DNA of 64,000 nucleotides from Polyangiales bacterium (GTDB lineage Bacteria; Myxococcota_A; Polyangia; Polyangiales; Polyangiaceae): positions 44,155 through 108,154 of the forward strand of contig JBBRLQ010000028.1 in the NCBI GenBank assembly GCA_038231275.1, in the 5' to 3' direction. The notes beneath the pieces are model-generated. The model saw only the letters and a program-made list of their open reading frames with translations, ran no database searches and was not told where the DNA came from. The position numbers and the translations under genes were made by a program. Every line of letters starts with the position of its first letter. Position 1 is the first letter of the stretch. Shown piece by piece: positions 20,139 to 29,490 of the stretch.

Positions 20139-21465
20139 GGTCGCCTCCGCTCGTCGTAGTGCTGGTGAGGGGGACGCGTGGAATCGCCAGGCCTGCCGCC
20201 GCGTCGAGATCGGCGAGCGCGTGGTCGAGGGTCGCGCGCGCGGCGACGATCTCGAGATCGACGTCCACGACGCCGCGCTCCGCCACGAGGGCGACGGACA
20301 TCTCGGTGCGCGCGCTCTCGTAGCCGGTCCACGCGACGTCGAAGGCGCGCTTCACCGCGGGCTTGGCGCGCGAGGCAAGGGCGTCGAGGCGCCGGGCCGC
20401 GCTGCGGGTGGCGGCCTCGGCGGTGGCCACGTCGACGTCGATGGCGAGTTGCTGCCCGAGCGACTCGTCGGTCGCCGCCTCCAGCTTCTCGCGTTCGACG
20501 TCACGACGCGCTCCGGCGGCACCCCAGAGCCACGGCAGCGTCATCTGTGCGTTGACGCCGTAGCCATGCGCCGGCATCGGCCCGACCGGCGCGAAGTACA
20601 GCGCCGCCACCTTGAACGACGGCCACGTCGCCTCGCGATCCGCCGCAGCGTGCTCGCGCGACTGCGCTTCGCGCGCCGCGTTAGCGCCACGAAGCTCGGG
20701 TCGCGTCGCGCGCGCTTTCGCGAGGAGCGTCGCGGCGTCCCACGCGGGGACCTCCGGGGCGCCCACCACCGGCGGGCCGAGCGGCGCCCCGAGATCGCGA
20801 CCGAGGAGCGCGTTGATGCGCGCGCGCGCCGCCTGCTCGCGCGCCGCGTCGGTCTCCACGTCGGCATGAACGCGTGCGATCTCCGCCTCGAGCTGCGCGA
20901 CCTCCACCAGAGACCCGCCCGCCGCCTGCCGCGCCTCGGCGACCTGGAGCATGCGCGCGTCGACGTCACGGTGCGCCAGGTGAATGGCGTGCCGGGCGGT
21001 CGCTTCTGCGTAGTCGGCGAAGACGTGCTCGGCGTCGCGCGTAACGAGGCGCGCCCGATCGTCGGCCATCGCCTCGCCCTCGCGTGAGAGCGCGACCTTC
21101 GCGGCCTCACGCTCTCCCCGCGCTCCCGGCGACGGAAATTCCTGTTCGACGCCGAACATCGCCATCTGCGCGTCGCCGATCGCGTACGGCCGCGCCAGCG
21201 GTACCTGCCAGACCTGCACCATCGCGCTCGGGGGCGGCAGGCGCGACACGGCGTCCCCTTCGCGCGCCATCGCGCGTGCTCGCCCCTTGGCGGCACGGAT
21301 CCCAGGGCTCCGCGCGACGGCGGCGCGCACGAGCGCGGGCCGTTCGACTCCTGCGCCGAACGATCCATCGGCGGAGGGGCTCTCGGATGCGTGTAGAGTG
21401 CATGCGTACGCAGCGATGGCGCACGCGAGCGCGCCCGCGCGGCGCGCACGAAGGTTCGTGGACAT
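20128..21465 (-). CDS. TolC/CusC-family outer membrane efflux protein
   Basis: Signal peptide, helical OEP-like repeats (RPEL, LPWLW, GYESA); first gene of the RND trio. Confidence 0.85.
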   Translation of the reverse strand: MSTNLRARRAGALACAIAAYACTLHASESPSADGSFGAGVERPALVRAAVARSPGIRAAKGRARAMAREGDAVSRLPPPSAMVQVWQVPLARPYAIGDAQMAMFGVEQEFPSPGARGEREAAKVALSREGEAMADDRARLVTRDAEHVFADYAEATARHAIHLAHRDVDARMLQVAEARQAAGGSLVEVAQLEAEIARVHADVETDAAREQAARARINALLGRDLGAPLGPPVVGAPEVPAWDAATLLAKARATRPELRGANAAREAQSREHAAADREATWPSFKVAALYFAPVGPMPAHGYGVNAQMTLPWLWGAAGARRDVEREKLEAATDESLGQQLAIDVDVATAEAATRSAARRLDALASRAKPAVKRAFDVAWTGYESARTEMSVALVAERGVVDVDLEIVAARATLDHALADLDAAAGLAIPRVPLTSTTTSGGDHVR

Positions 21466-21560
21466 GACGGCTTCTCCCGACGAGACGTGGACCGGCCGCG
21501 CGCAACGCGCGGCGACCAAGGCAGGCCAAAGGCGAGGTGCCTGGGCCTGCCCCTACCGCC

Positions 21561-22013
21561 TCAAATCAAGAAGACGCCGTGGAGGGCACACCGCTCCGGT
21601 GCCGTCGGTGGTGGCGATTCGATTGCGCCTCCGGCGATCGTGCGTCGCGGTGCCGGGGCGAGCGCCGCCGGTGCCGTCGTTACACGAGGGAGTACCGCGA
21701 GGAGTGGCGCCGCACGGACGGTCTCAGGCGCGCGCGCCGTCGCATCGGGGAGGCGCGCGAGGGCGAGCCCTTCGCAGCATTGGTCCTGATCGTCGAGCCG
21801 AGCCGAATCGGCGCCCGCCCCGTCGTCGTCCCCGTCCTGATGATCGCTGGCGCAGCACGGCCGTTCTGCGAGGCTCCCCATCGCCGCGCAGAAGAAGACG
21901 CGCGCGCCCGATCGAAATGCGCCGCAGACCAGCGCCGTCGCGACCACGCACGCCGCGAGGGCAGGCCACAGCCTGCGCGCGGAGCGGAGCCATCGAGGCG
22001 CACGACGGAGCAT
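21561..22013 (-). CDS. Cys-rich small exported protein upstream of the cus operon (DUF2946/CutF-like candidate)
   Basis: N-terminal hydrophobic helix; CAAM..PCC..H..QCC; Pro-rich C-terminus ESPPPTAPERCALHGVFLI. Confidence 0.6.
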   Translation of the reverse strand: MLRRAPRWLRSARRLWPALAACVVATALVCGAFRSGARVFFCAAMGSLAERPCCASDHQDGDDDGAGADSARLDDQDQCCEGLALARLPDATARAPETVRAAPLLAVLPRVTTAPAALAPAPRRTIAGGAIESPPPTAPERCALHGVFLI

Positions 22014-22349
22014 GCCCCTAGCGTAGCACTACTGCGAGAGATCCCGTTCCTGCCGACAGTTGGTTTCGATCGAGCTGCGGCAGCGGGACGACCGGGGAGC
22101 CCGGCGCCACGTTCGCTCGGGTCAGCATGATCGCATGGCGTATCGGCGCCTCCCGCCGCGCACCGCGGCCCTGCGCCGGCCACGCCGGGTCGTCCCGCTG
22201 CCGCGGTTCGGCAGCACCCTCATTTGAGCCTCGGACGTCGATGTCTCGCAGTAGTGCTAGGCGCGCACCGAGGTCGCGCAATGTGTGCTTCGTCCGCGAC
22301 GCTCGACCGCGCCCCGATGCTGGTACGCTCTCCGGCTAGAGAACGCCCC

Positions 22350-23483
22350 ATGGGAAAACAGCTTCGCGTCGGCATCTTCGTCCTCGTCGGTATCGTGCTC
22401 ATGGGGGCGGTCATCTTCGTCATCGGCGACAACCGCCAGATCTGGTCGCGCAAGGTCACCTACCGCGGCGACTTCGCGGACGTCGCGGGTCTCAAGGCCG
22501 GCGCGCCCGTTCGAATGGGCGGCGTCGACATCGGCGCCGTCACCGCCGTCGAGCACGGCGATCAGGTCTCCGACCCGAAGATCCACGTTCAAATCTCCGT
22601 CGTTCGCACCGAGGGCCGGCGCATCCGCGTCGAGACGATCGCGCGCATCGTCAACAAGGGCCTCCTCGGCGACAAGATGGTGGAGCTCAGCGTCGTCGAC
22701 GGCAAAAGCCCCGAGCTCGATCCCTCCCAGGCGATGAAGACCGAGGAGCCGCTCGACTTCGGTAAGTACATCGCGAAGTTCGAGAGCATCGCGCAGAAGA
22801 CCGAGAAGGTCGTCGAGAACGCCGAGCGCGCGACGAGCGCCCTCTCCAATCCCGAGTTCACCGACGACGTCCGGGGCAGCATGAAATCGCTGCGCGCGAT
22901 CCTCGACGGCATCGCCCAGAACGACGGCGCCGCCCATCGCTTCATCTTCGACCCCGAGGAGGGAAAGAAGATCGATCGCACGCTCACGAACCTCGAGAAC
23001 GCGACGTCCAACCTGAACGCGACGCTCGCCGACGTGCGCGCCGTGACCACCCAGATCAAGAGCGGCAATGGCCTCGCGCACGCCGTTGTCTACGACGCCG
23101 ACATGACGAACGACGCGGCCGGCGCGATCAAGGAGGTCCACGGCGATCTCGTCGCGATCCGCCAGGGCAACGGCCTCATCCACTCGCTCGTCTACGGCGA
23201 CAGCGAGACGCAGCACATGATGGGCAACGTGAACGCCATCAGCGACGACCTGCGGGTCGTCGTCGCCAACATGCGCGCGGGGAAGGGCACGCTCGGCGCG
23301 CTCCTCGTCGATCCCAGCGTGTACGAGGACATCAAGGCGATCGTCGGCAACGTGGATCGCAACCAGGTCCTGCGCGCGCTCGTTCGTTATTCCATCAAGG
23401 CTGACGAGCAGAGGCCCGGCGCCAAGGTGGACGTGCCGCCCCCGCCGCCGCGCCCTGCTATTGCGCCGCCGCCACCGAAGTGA
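22350..23483 (+). CDS. mlaD: MlaD/MCE family protein
   Basis: RVGIFVLVG TM; FADVAGLKAGAPVRMGGVDIGAV; GLLGDKMVEL; long helical tail with GKGTLGALLVDPSVY. Confidence 0.88.
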   Translation: MGKQLRVGIFVLVGIVLMGAVIFVIGDNRQIWSRKVTYRGDFADVAGLKAGAPVRMGGVDIGAVTAVEHGDQVSDPKIHVQISVVRTEGRRIRVETIARIVNKGLLGDKMVELSVVDGKSPELDPSQAMKTEEPLDFGKYIAKFESIAQKTEKVVENAERATSALSNPEFTDDVRGSMKSLRAILDGIAQNDGAAHRFIFDPEEGKKIDRTLTNLENATSNLNATLADVRAVTTQIKSGNGLAHAVVYDADMTNDAAGAIKEVHGDLVAIRQGNGLIHSLVYGDSETQHMMGNVNAISDDLRVVVANMRAGKGTLGALLVDPSVYEDIKAIVGNVDRNQVLRALVRYSIKADEQRPGAKVDVPPPPPRPAIAPPPPK

Positions 23484-24042
23484 CGTGACCGCCGGCAGGC
23501 GCCGGGTTCTTCCACCACTTCTCCGTCGAGCCTTGGCGATCGACGGTCAGGCGCAGCAAATCGATCTCGAGGACGGCGAAGAAGCCCTGCGCCGACGGAC
23601 TTCCCGCGAGGTTCAGGAATTCTGCGCCGACGCCGAGCTGGAAGCCCCATGGCGCGCCACCGGTGAGGACGGCCTGGAGCGGCAGGCGACCGTAGTCGCC
23701 GTACTTCCAGAAGCGGCCGACGACGCCGGCGTCGAACGCCAGGCCCCACTCGCCGCGCGCGAAGCCGCCGGTCGCGATGCGCGGGCTCACGCTGATGTCC
23801 GTCCCCAACGTGAAGTGCGTGAGCATGCGGAAGACACCGCCGACCACGAAGCGGTTCAGCGGGGACGAGCCGACGCCGACCGTGCCGGTGAAGGCGGTGG
23901 CGCGATCGTTCGAGGTAGTGACCGAGTTCTTCTCGAAGCCGTAGCCACCGCCGAGGGCGAGCCAGCTCGTCACGTCGGCGCGCGCGGGCGCGGCCAATAG
24001 GAGCAGGCCGGCGGTCAGGGTCGGAACGAGGGCGCGTCGCAC
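23458..24042 (-). CDS. Secreted or outer-membrane hypothetical protein
   Basis: GTG start; signal peptide ending ARA; amphipathic beta strands. Confidence 0.65.
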   Translation of the reverse strand: MRRALVPTLTAGLLLLAAPARADVTSWLALGGGYGFEKNSVTTSNDRATAFTGTVGVGSSPLNRFVVGGVFRMLTHFTLGTDISVSPRIATGGFARGEWGLAFDAGVVGRFWKYGDYGRLPLQAVLTGGAPWGFQLGVGAEFLNLAGSPSAQGFFAVLEIDLLRLTVDRQGSTEKWWKNPAPAGGHVTSVAAAQ

Positions 24043-24062
24043 GCCTTGCCGATTACCATGGT

Positions 24063-24758
24063 TCAGCCCGTCTTGGCGAGCAGGCTGGCGGCGGGTGCGC
24101 TGGCGGCGGACCGGCGCGCGGCGACCTGCGCGGCGACGATGCGGACGACCTCGCGATCGAAGAGGAGCGAGTTGTGGCTGCGGCCGGCGAGCACGACGAC
24201 CTCCCCGTGGTGGAACGCGCCGCTCTCTTGCGGCACGACGAGGTGATCCTCCCCGGCGATGATCGACGTGTGTGGCACGCGATCGGCGTAGGGGCTCACG
24301 CGGAGGCGCGCCAGTGTCGCGCTCTCCTCGTGGAGATCGCGACCCACGAAGAACGGGAGCTTGCGCGCGAGCGGCGCGCCGCGGAAGGGGCTCGCCATCG
24401 AGATCGTCTGCGTCACGCGCGCGTGGCCCCCGAGCTCCTGCACGTACCAGCGCGCGACGATGCCGCCGAGGCTGTGCCCGACGATGTGGACGCGCGATGT
24501 GATCGGGATGCGATCCACGACGCGCGCGAGCTTCCGCGCGATCGTCCGCACGGACTGCCCCGGCGCGTGCGTGAACGACGCGACGTGCGCGCCTGTCTCG
24601 CGCTCGATCCGCGCGCGCATCGGCCGAAATGCCCCGGCACTCGCGAAGAAGCCGTGGATGAGCACCACGACGTCGTCGCCGGCGCCCGCGTCGGGCACCA
24701 CCGGCGAGAGATCGCGCGGCCAGAGCACCGCCTGGCGCAGCGTCGAAATCGTCTCCAT
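24063..24758 (-). CDS. Alpha/beta hydrolase (lipase/esterase)
   Basis: LIHGF oxyanion motif, GHSLGG nucleophile elbow, D and SHN catalytic residues. Confidence 0.88.
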   Translation of the reverse strand: METISTLRQAVLWPRDLSPVVPDAGAGDDVVVLIHGFFASAGAFRPMRARIERETGAHVASFTHAPGQSVRTIARKLARVVDRIPITSRVHIVGHSLGGIVARWYVQELGGHARVTQTISMASPFRGAPLARKLPFFVGRDLHEESATLARLRVSPYADRVPHTSIIAGEDHLVVPQESGAFHHGEVVVLAGRSHNSLLFDREVVRIVAAQVAARRSAASAPAASLLAKTG

Positions 24759-24876
24759 CCCCCATATTCGACCGCGAAGGGCGCTCTGGCCCAGCTTGGG
24801 GAGAAGGGGCATCGCCCCAACTCGTTGCATCTTTCGTGCACGCGAGGCGAGTTTTCGGCAGTAGAAGAGGTGCGGA

Positions 24877-25317
24877 ATGGAGCCCGTCCCCTTCACCCTC
24901 GCCCGCGTCGTTCAGGACGACGACATCGACATGCTCGGGCACGCGAGCAACATCGCGATAGTAAGGTGGATTCAGGACGTCGCCGTCGCGCATTCGGAGG
25001 CGGTCGGGCTGGGGTTCGAGGCGTACGCGCGGCTCGGCGCGGTCTTCGTCATTCGACGCAACGAGATCGACTACCTGCGTCCGCTCTTACGCGGTGACGA
25101 GCTGCAGGTGCGTACGTGGATTTCCAACGTGGCCGCCGCGAAGTGCCAGCGCGCGACGGAGATCCGGAAGGCGGATCTCGTCTGCGCGCGCTCGCTCACG
25201 ACCTGGGGCTTCGTGGACGCGCGCAGCGGAAGGCCCACCCGTATCGCCGACGAAATACGCGAGGCGTTCGGCTACTCGCGCCGCGAGCGCGGTCCGTCGC
25301 CGGTGACCCAGACGTGA
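24877..25317 (+). CDS. Acyl-CoA thioesterase (4HBT hot-dog fold)
   Basis: DIDMLGHASN, IDYLRPL, GRPTRI. Confidence 0.88.
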   Translation: MEPVPFTLARVVQDDDIDMLGHASNIAIVRWIQDVAVAHSEAVGLGFEAYARLGAVFVIRRNEIDYLRPLLRGDELQVRTWISNVAAAKCQRATEIRKADLVCARSLTTWGFVDARSGRPTRIADEIREAFGYSRRERGPSPVTQT

Positions 25318-27284
25318 AAGTCGCGCGCTTCGCCGCCTGACGCGCGCAGCGTGATCGTGTCGCCGGCCGCGATGCCGTCGTGAAGCACGGCGCGCAGCAT
25401 CGCCCATGCACCCGGCGCCGTCGGAACGGGTACGGTCTCCGCGCGCGAGGGCGAGCCGCCGCCGTGTGACGCTTCGACGACGAGTCGCGAGGTCGCGTCG
25501 GTGACGCGAACGAGGAGGGTCGCGGGTCGCGCGCCGCCCCTCACGACGAAGCGCTCGGCGCGCCCCTCGGGCAAGATGCGTCCGGCGTCGAACACGCCAC
25601 CGCGCACGTCGAGGACCGTCCAGCCGCCGTCGGGCGCCGGCGACGCGTACGCGTGGGCCTCCTCGCTGATCACGTCGGCGACGTCGAGCTCGTCCACCAC
25701 GTCGGCGACGTCGACATCTTCCGCGTCGAGCGCGCTCCAGTCCGCCGTGTAGATCCCTTTCGTGGTGCCGCCGCAGATGACGTTGTCGTCGATCGTGACG
25801 CGACCGATCTCGTGGCCGAAGCGCGAGGTGATCGCTCCGAACCAGTTCGGATAGAGCGCGAGCAGCGTAGGTCGCTGCGCCGGCGGAAGCCGCTGGAGCA
25901 GCTCCACGGTCGCGGCCTCGCCATGCGTTGCCGCCCGCGCGAAGGGCACGGCGTGAAATCCGCCCAGACCGAGCGCATCGATCGCGTGGCGTTGCGAGAC
26001 GTAGGGGATTGCGCCGGCGTCGCCAACGAGGACCACCGCGCTTGCCGGTGCGTCGCGCGCAAGGAGCCGCCCCACCGCGACCTGCTGGTCGTGCACGTTC
26101 CGCGAGGCGCGGCGAAAGTGGTCTGCCTGCCCGGCGATCTGCGGCGCAGCCAGGACCACAGCGAGGACTCCCGCCGCGGCCGAGAAGATACGCAAACGTC
26201 GCGCGCGCGCGATGGCCGCCACCCCGAGCGAGGACGCGACGACCAGGAGCGCGAGCGCGGGCGCGTAGTACCGAAAATTCTGGAAGCGCGCCGCGCCGTT
26301 CCACGAGACGAGGAGCGCCCATAGGATCGCGCCCGCGAGGCACGCTGCCGAGAGGCCGCGCGTCCGTCGAGACGCGAGCCCGGCGAGGGCGAGCGACGGC
26401 AGGACCATCCAGAGGCGCGGCCAGGGCGAGAGCTGCGCTTCGAGGACGCGGAGATGAAAGCTCGCGAGGTTGACGACGAGCTCGCGCGCGCGGGCGACGT
26501 CGGAGAGGTACGGATTGCGTGAAAGCAGCTTGAGGATCGCGCCTGCGCTCATCGCGTCGCCGGTGAAGACGCGGTTGGTCGCGAGGACGCACGCCGTCAC
26601 GAGCGCGCCAGGAAGACCGACGCGCGCGAGGGAAGCGAGGGCCGACCGCGCCCCAGCGCGTCGCGCGACGAGCACCCCGAACGTGGCCACCAGGACGACC
26701 GCCTCCGGCCTCGTCGCCACGAGCACCGCTCCCCACGCGCCGCACGCCCATTGCGCGCGCGCGCGGGTCAAAGGCGGCGCTTCCCTCGCGCGCTTCACGG
26801 CGACGAGCGCGCGCCCGAGGACGCCGCCGAAGAGCGCCACCTCCATCCCGCTGAGCCAGGCCCAATCGAGCGAGCCCACCGCGACCACCAGCGCGCTCGC
26901 GATCCACGCGACCCACCACGGCGACGGCCGCACGAGCTCGCGTACGGAACGCATCAGGACCACGAGCGAGGCGAGCGCCACGATCGCGGCCCACGCGCCG
27001 AGCCACAGACCGCGAAAGCCAATCAGGTAACCGATCGCGAGCACGAACGGATAGAGCGGCGACGTCTCGCCCGACGAGAACCCTTGCCCCGCGATCCACT
27101 CGAACGGGTGCCCGCTCGCCGTCGCGCGGGCGAAGTCGTAGTGGATGAACACGTCGTCGAGCGGCGCCGGCCAATCGCCTCCCGTGGCGACGAGCGCCGG
27201 CGCCCAGAAGGCGCACCCAACCACCACGGCGAGCGCCGCCGAGAACAGAAGGTGGAGCCGGTCCTCCCGGCGGCCGTGCGGCAT
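25272..27284 (-). CDS. Polytopic membrane protein, GT-C glycosyltransferase-like
   Basis: TM then LDDVFIHYDFAR..G..SSGETSPLY; SGMEVALF; TRPE; NFRYYAP; DAGAIPY..IDALGL. Confidence 0.7.
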   Translation of the reverse strand: MPHGRREDRLHLLFSAALAVVVGCAFWAPALVATGGDWPAPLDDVFIHYDFARATASGHPFEWIAGQGFSSGETSPLYPFVLAIGYLIGFRGLWLGAWAAIVALASLVVLMRSVRELVRPSPWWVAWIASALVVAVGSLDWAWLSGMEVALFGGVLGRALVAVKRAREAPPLTRARAQWACGAWGAVLVATRPEAVVLVATFGVLVARRAGARSALASLARVGLPGALVTACVLATNRVFTGDAMSAGAILKLLSRNPYLSDVARARELVVNLASFHLRVLEAQLSPWPRLWMVLPSLALAGLASRRTRGLSAACLAGAILWALLVSWNGAARFQNFRYYAPALALLVVASSLGVAAIARARRLRIFSAAAGVLAVVLAAPQIAGQADHFRRASRNVHDQQVAVGRLLARDAPASAVVLVGDAGAIPYVSQRHAIDALGLGGFHAVPFARAATHGEAATVELLQRLPPAQRPTLLALYPNWFGAITSRFGHEIGRVTIDDNVICGGTTKGIYTADWSALDAEDVDVADVVDELDVADVISEEAHAYASPAPDGGWTVLDVRGGVFDAGRILPEGRAERFVVRGGARPATLLVRVTDATSRLVVEASHGGGSPSRAETVPVPTAPGAWAMLRAVLHDGIAAGDTITLRASGGEARDFHVWVTGDGPRSRRE

Positions 27285-27314
27285 CGTGTGGTAAGAGTAC
27301 CGCCGGACCCCGCC

Positions 27315-27839
27315 ATGACGAAGTACGCCCCGCCCGAAGACGCCCACGACCACGCGCACTGGGACGCCGTCGAAGAAGCGACGGAGATGCTGCACGAGGA
27401 GCGCTTCCACGAGGCGCTGGTCTTCCTGCGCGACGTCATCAAGGCCGACGCGAAGAACCCGTACGCGTATTTTTTCCTGGGCGTCGCGCTCTTCGAGAGC
27501 GGCGAGCTCGAGGCGTCGCGTGACGCGTACCGCGCGGCCCTGGCGGTCGCTCCGGCGCACCTCGGCGCGCGCATCGCGCTCTCGCACGTGCTCCGTCAGC
27601 TCGGCGATCTGCGCGAGGCGATCAAAGAGGGCACGCAGGCGCTCAGCCACGCGCCCGGCGACGGTGACGCGCTCTACGCCGTCGGTATGGCGTACTTCGC
27701 GCGCGGCGACAACGCGGCCGCCCGAAAGTACCTGACCGCGTTCCTCGACGCGCGCCCGGAGTTCGAAATCGCCACCGAGGTGAAGGGCATGCTCGGCTCG
27801 ATGGGCAACGAGCGCCAGGACGAGGACGAGTCGAACTGA
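27315..27839 (+). CDS. Tetratricopeptide repeat protein
   Basis: TPR motifs (AYFFLGVALFESGELEASRDAYRAAL, ALYAVGMAY). Confidence 0.85.
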   Translation: MTKYAPPEDAHDHAHWDAVEEATEMLHEERFHEALVFLRDVIKADAKNPYAYFFLGVALFESGELEASRDAYRAALAVAPAHLGARIALSHVLRQLGDLREAIKEGTQALSHAPGDGDALYAVGMAYFARGDNAAARKYLTAFLDARPEFEIATEVKGMLGSMGNERQDEDESN

Positions 27840-27845
27840 AGCGTC

Positions 27846-27895
27846 GCGCTCGTAACTGGTCACTCGTAACGGATCACTCGTACCGGGTCACTCGT
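27846..27895. repeat. 14-bp tandem repeat (about 4 units) containing the marR stop codon
   Basis: TCACTCGT at 27860, 27874 and 27888, plus degenerate GCGCTCGT at 27846. Confidence 0.8.
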
Positions 27896-28310
27896 CGCTG
27901 ATCTTCGTCAAGAGGCGGAGCAGCTCCTGGCGTTCGCGCGTCGTGAGCCGCGAGAAGCTCGCCGCCTCGGTCGCCTCCAGCGCCGTCTCGATGGCGCGCC
28001 GCCGCTTGGTGTCGAACGGCGCCGGCTCCACGCGGACCGCGCGCCCGTCCTTCGGATCTTCGACGCGCCGGACGAGCCCGGCCTTGTGCATTCGATCGAT
28101 CGCGCCGGTCAACGTCCCGCTGCTGAGCGACAGCACCCGTTGGAGCTCGCCGATCTTCAACGGCCCTTCGATCCACAAAATCAAGAGGATGTGGGCTTGC
28201 TCCGCCGAGAGCTCGAAGGGGAGAAGCGCCCGGCTGCTCGCGCGGTTCACCTGACGGAAGGCTCGCACCAGCGCGTAGCCGAGCGAGCTCTTGATCCGAT
28301 CATCTTGCAT
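27888..28310 (-). CDS. MarR family transcriptional regulator
   Basis: LSAEQAHIL..L, TLTGAIDRMHKAGLVRRVEDPKDGRAVRV winged helix. Confidence 0.93.
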   Translation of the reverse strand: MQDDRIKSSLGYALVRAFRQVNRASSRALLPFELSAEQAHILLILWIEGPLKIGELQRVLSLSSGTLTGAIDRMHKAGLVRRVEDPKDGRAVRVEPAPFDTKRRRAIETALEATEAASFSRLTTRERQELLRLLTKISDE

Positions 28311-28330
28311 ACGAGATATTTATCTCGTAT
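28309..28330. promoter_or_regulatory. Candidate MarR operator (perfect inverted repeat)
   Basis: ATACGAGATA-TT-TATCTCGTAT fills most of the 28-bp gap between divergent marR and Rieske genes and touches the marR start codon. Confidence 0.8.
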
Positions 28331-28338
28331 ACGAACGA

Positions 28339-29490
28339 ATGTCCATGAATCATCCCGCCCACCTCGCGCTCGTGAAGTCGCTGCTCCGGCGGGTCGAGGC
28401 GGTCACGGCTCCCGCGGTGCTCGTCGGGGAGGTGCCGGCGTGGCACTACACGTCGCACGCGCGGTTCGAGGAGGAGCGCGCTGGGCTCTTCGCGCGCGTG
28501 CCCACGGTGGTCGCGCACGAGAGCGAGCTCGCGGAGGTCGGCGCGTGCATGACGGTCGACGTCGCCGGCGTTCCGCTCCTCGTCGTGCGCGGCGCGGATG
28601 GCCAGGTGCGCGCGTTCCGCAACGCCTGCCGTCATCGTTCCACCCGCCTCGTCACCCTCGACGATGCGCCGTGCCGAAAGAAGGCAATCGTGTGCCCGTA
28701 CCACGGGTGGACCTACGATCTCGAAGGAGCGCGAATCCACGCGCCGCGCGAAGAGTCGTTCGGAGGCGCCGACGCCGCCCGCAAGGCGCTCGTTCCAGCG
28801 TTCGCGGCGGTGCGCCACGGCCTCGTGTGGGCCAGCCTCGTGCCGTTCGACGTCGCCGCGCACCTCTCCTCGATCGACGACGAGCTCGCGTCGATGGCGC
28901 CGCCTGGCGCGGTCCTCTACCGCCGCGTCACGCGCGAGGTGAAGGGCAACTGGAAGCTCATCGTCGACGCCTTCCTCGACGGCTACCACATCCGCCATTT
29001 GCACCGCGACACGGTCTACCGCTTCTTCGTCGATGGGCTGTCGCAGGCCGAGCCCGCAGGCGATCACATCCGCGCGGCGACCGGGCGGCGCACCCTCTTG
29101 GAGGCACGCGGGACGCGCCTCGAGGACGCCGATCTCCGTCTCCTGGCGACGCCGAGCTACGTCGTCTTTCCGAGCACGGTGCTCATCCTCCACCCCGACT
29201 ACACCAGCGTCCTCACGATGACGCCGGAGGCCGCGGACCGAACGCGCTTCGTCCACATGATGCTGATCCCGCCAGGCTCACACACCGACGCCGAAGAGAA
29301 GCACTGGGCGAAGAGCTTCTCGCTCATCGACGAGGGGGTCTTCCTCCGCGAGGATCTGGCGACGGTCGAGGCCATGCAGCGAGGGCTCGCCGCGGGCGCC
29401 AACGACACGCTCCTCTTCGGCGACCTCGAGCAAGCGTCGCTGTGGTTCCACGAGAGCGTTGCGAAGACGCTCGCGTTAGCGCTCCGCTAG
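28339..29490 (+). CDS. Rieske non-heme iron oxygenase alpha subunit
   Basis: CRH...CPYHGW Rieske ligands; NWK..DAFLDGYHIRHLH mononuclear Fe site; EDL..E.MQRGL. Start at 28339 or 28345. Confidence 0.92.
   Translation: MSMNHPAHLALVKSLLRRVEAVTAPAVLVGEVPAWHYTSHARFEEERAGLFARVPTVVAHESELAEVGACMTVDVAGVPLLVVRGADGQVRAFRNACRHRSTRLVTLDDAPCRKKAIVCPYHGWTYDLEGARIHAPREESFGGADAARKALVPAFAAVRHGLVWASLVPFDVAAHLSSIDDELASMAPPGAVLYRRVTREVKGNWKLIVDAFLDGYHIRHLHRDTVYRFFVDGLSQAEPAGDHIRAATGRRTLLEARGTRLEDADLRLLATPSYVVFPSTVLILHPDYTSVLTMTPEAADRTRFVHMMLIPPGSHTDAEEKHWAKSFSLIDEGVFLREDLATVEAMQRGLAAGANDTLLFGDLEQASLWFHESVAKTLALALR

Noticed and set aside
27846..27895. Short repeat arrays (also 47337-47375 and 55536-55568) as possible CRISPR or iterons
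   Set aside because: Units are 6-14 bp and adjacent with no unique spacers; no cas or rep genes are in the window.
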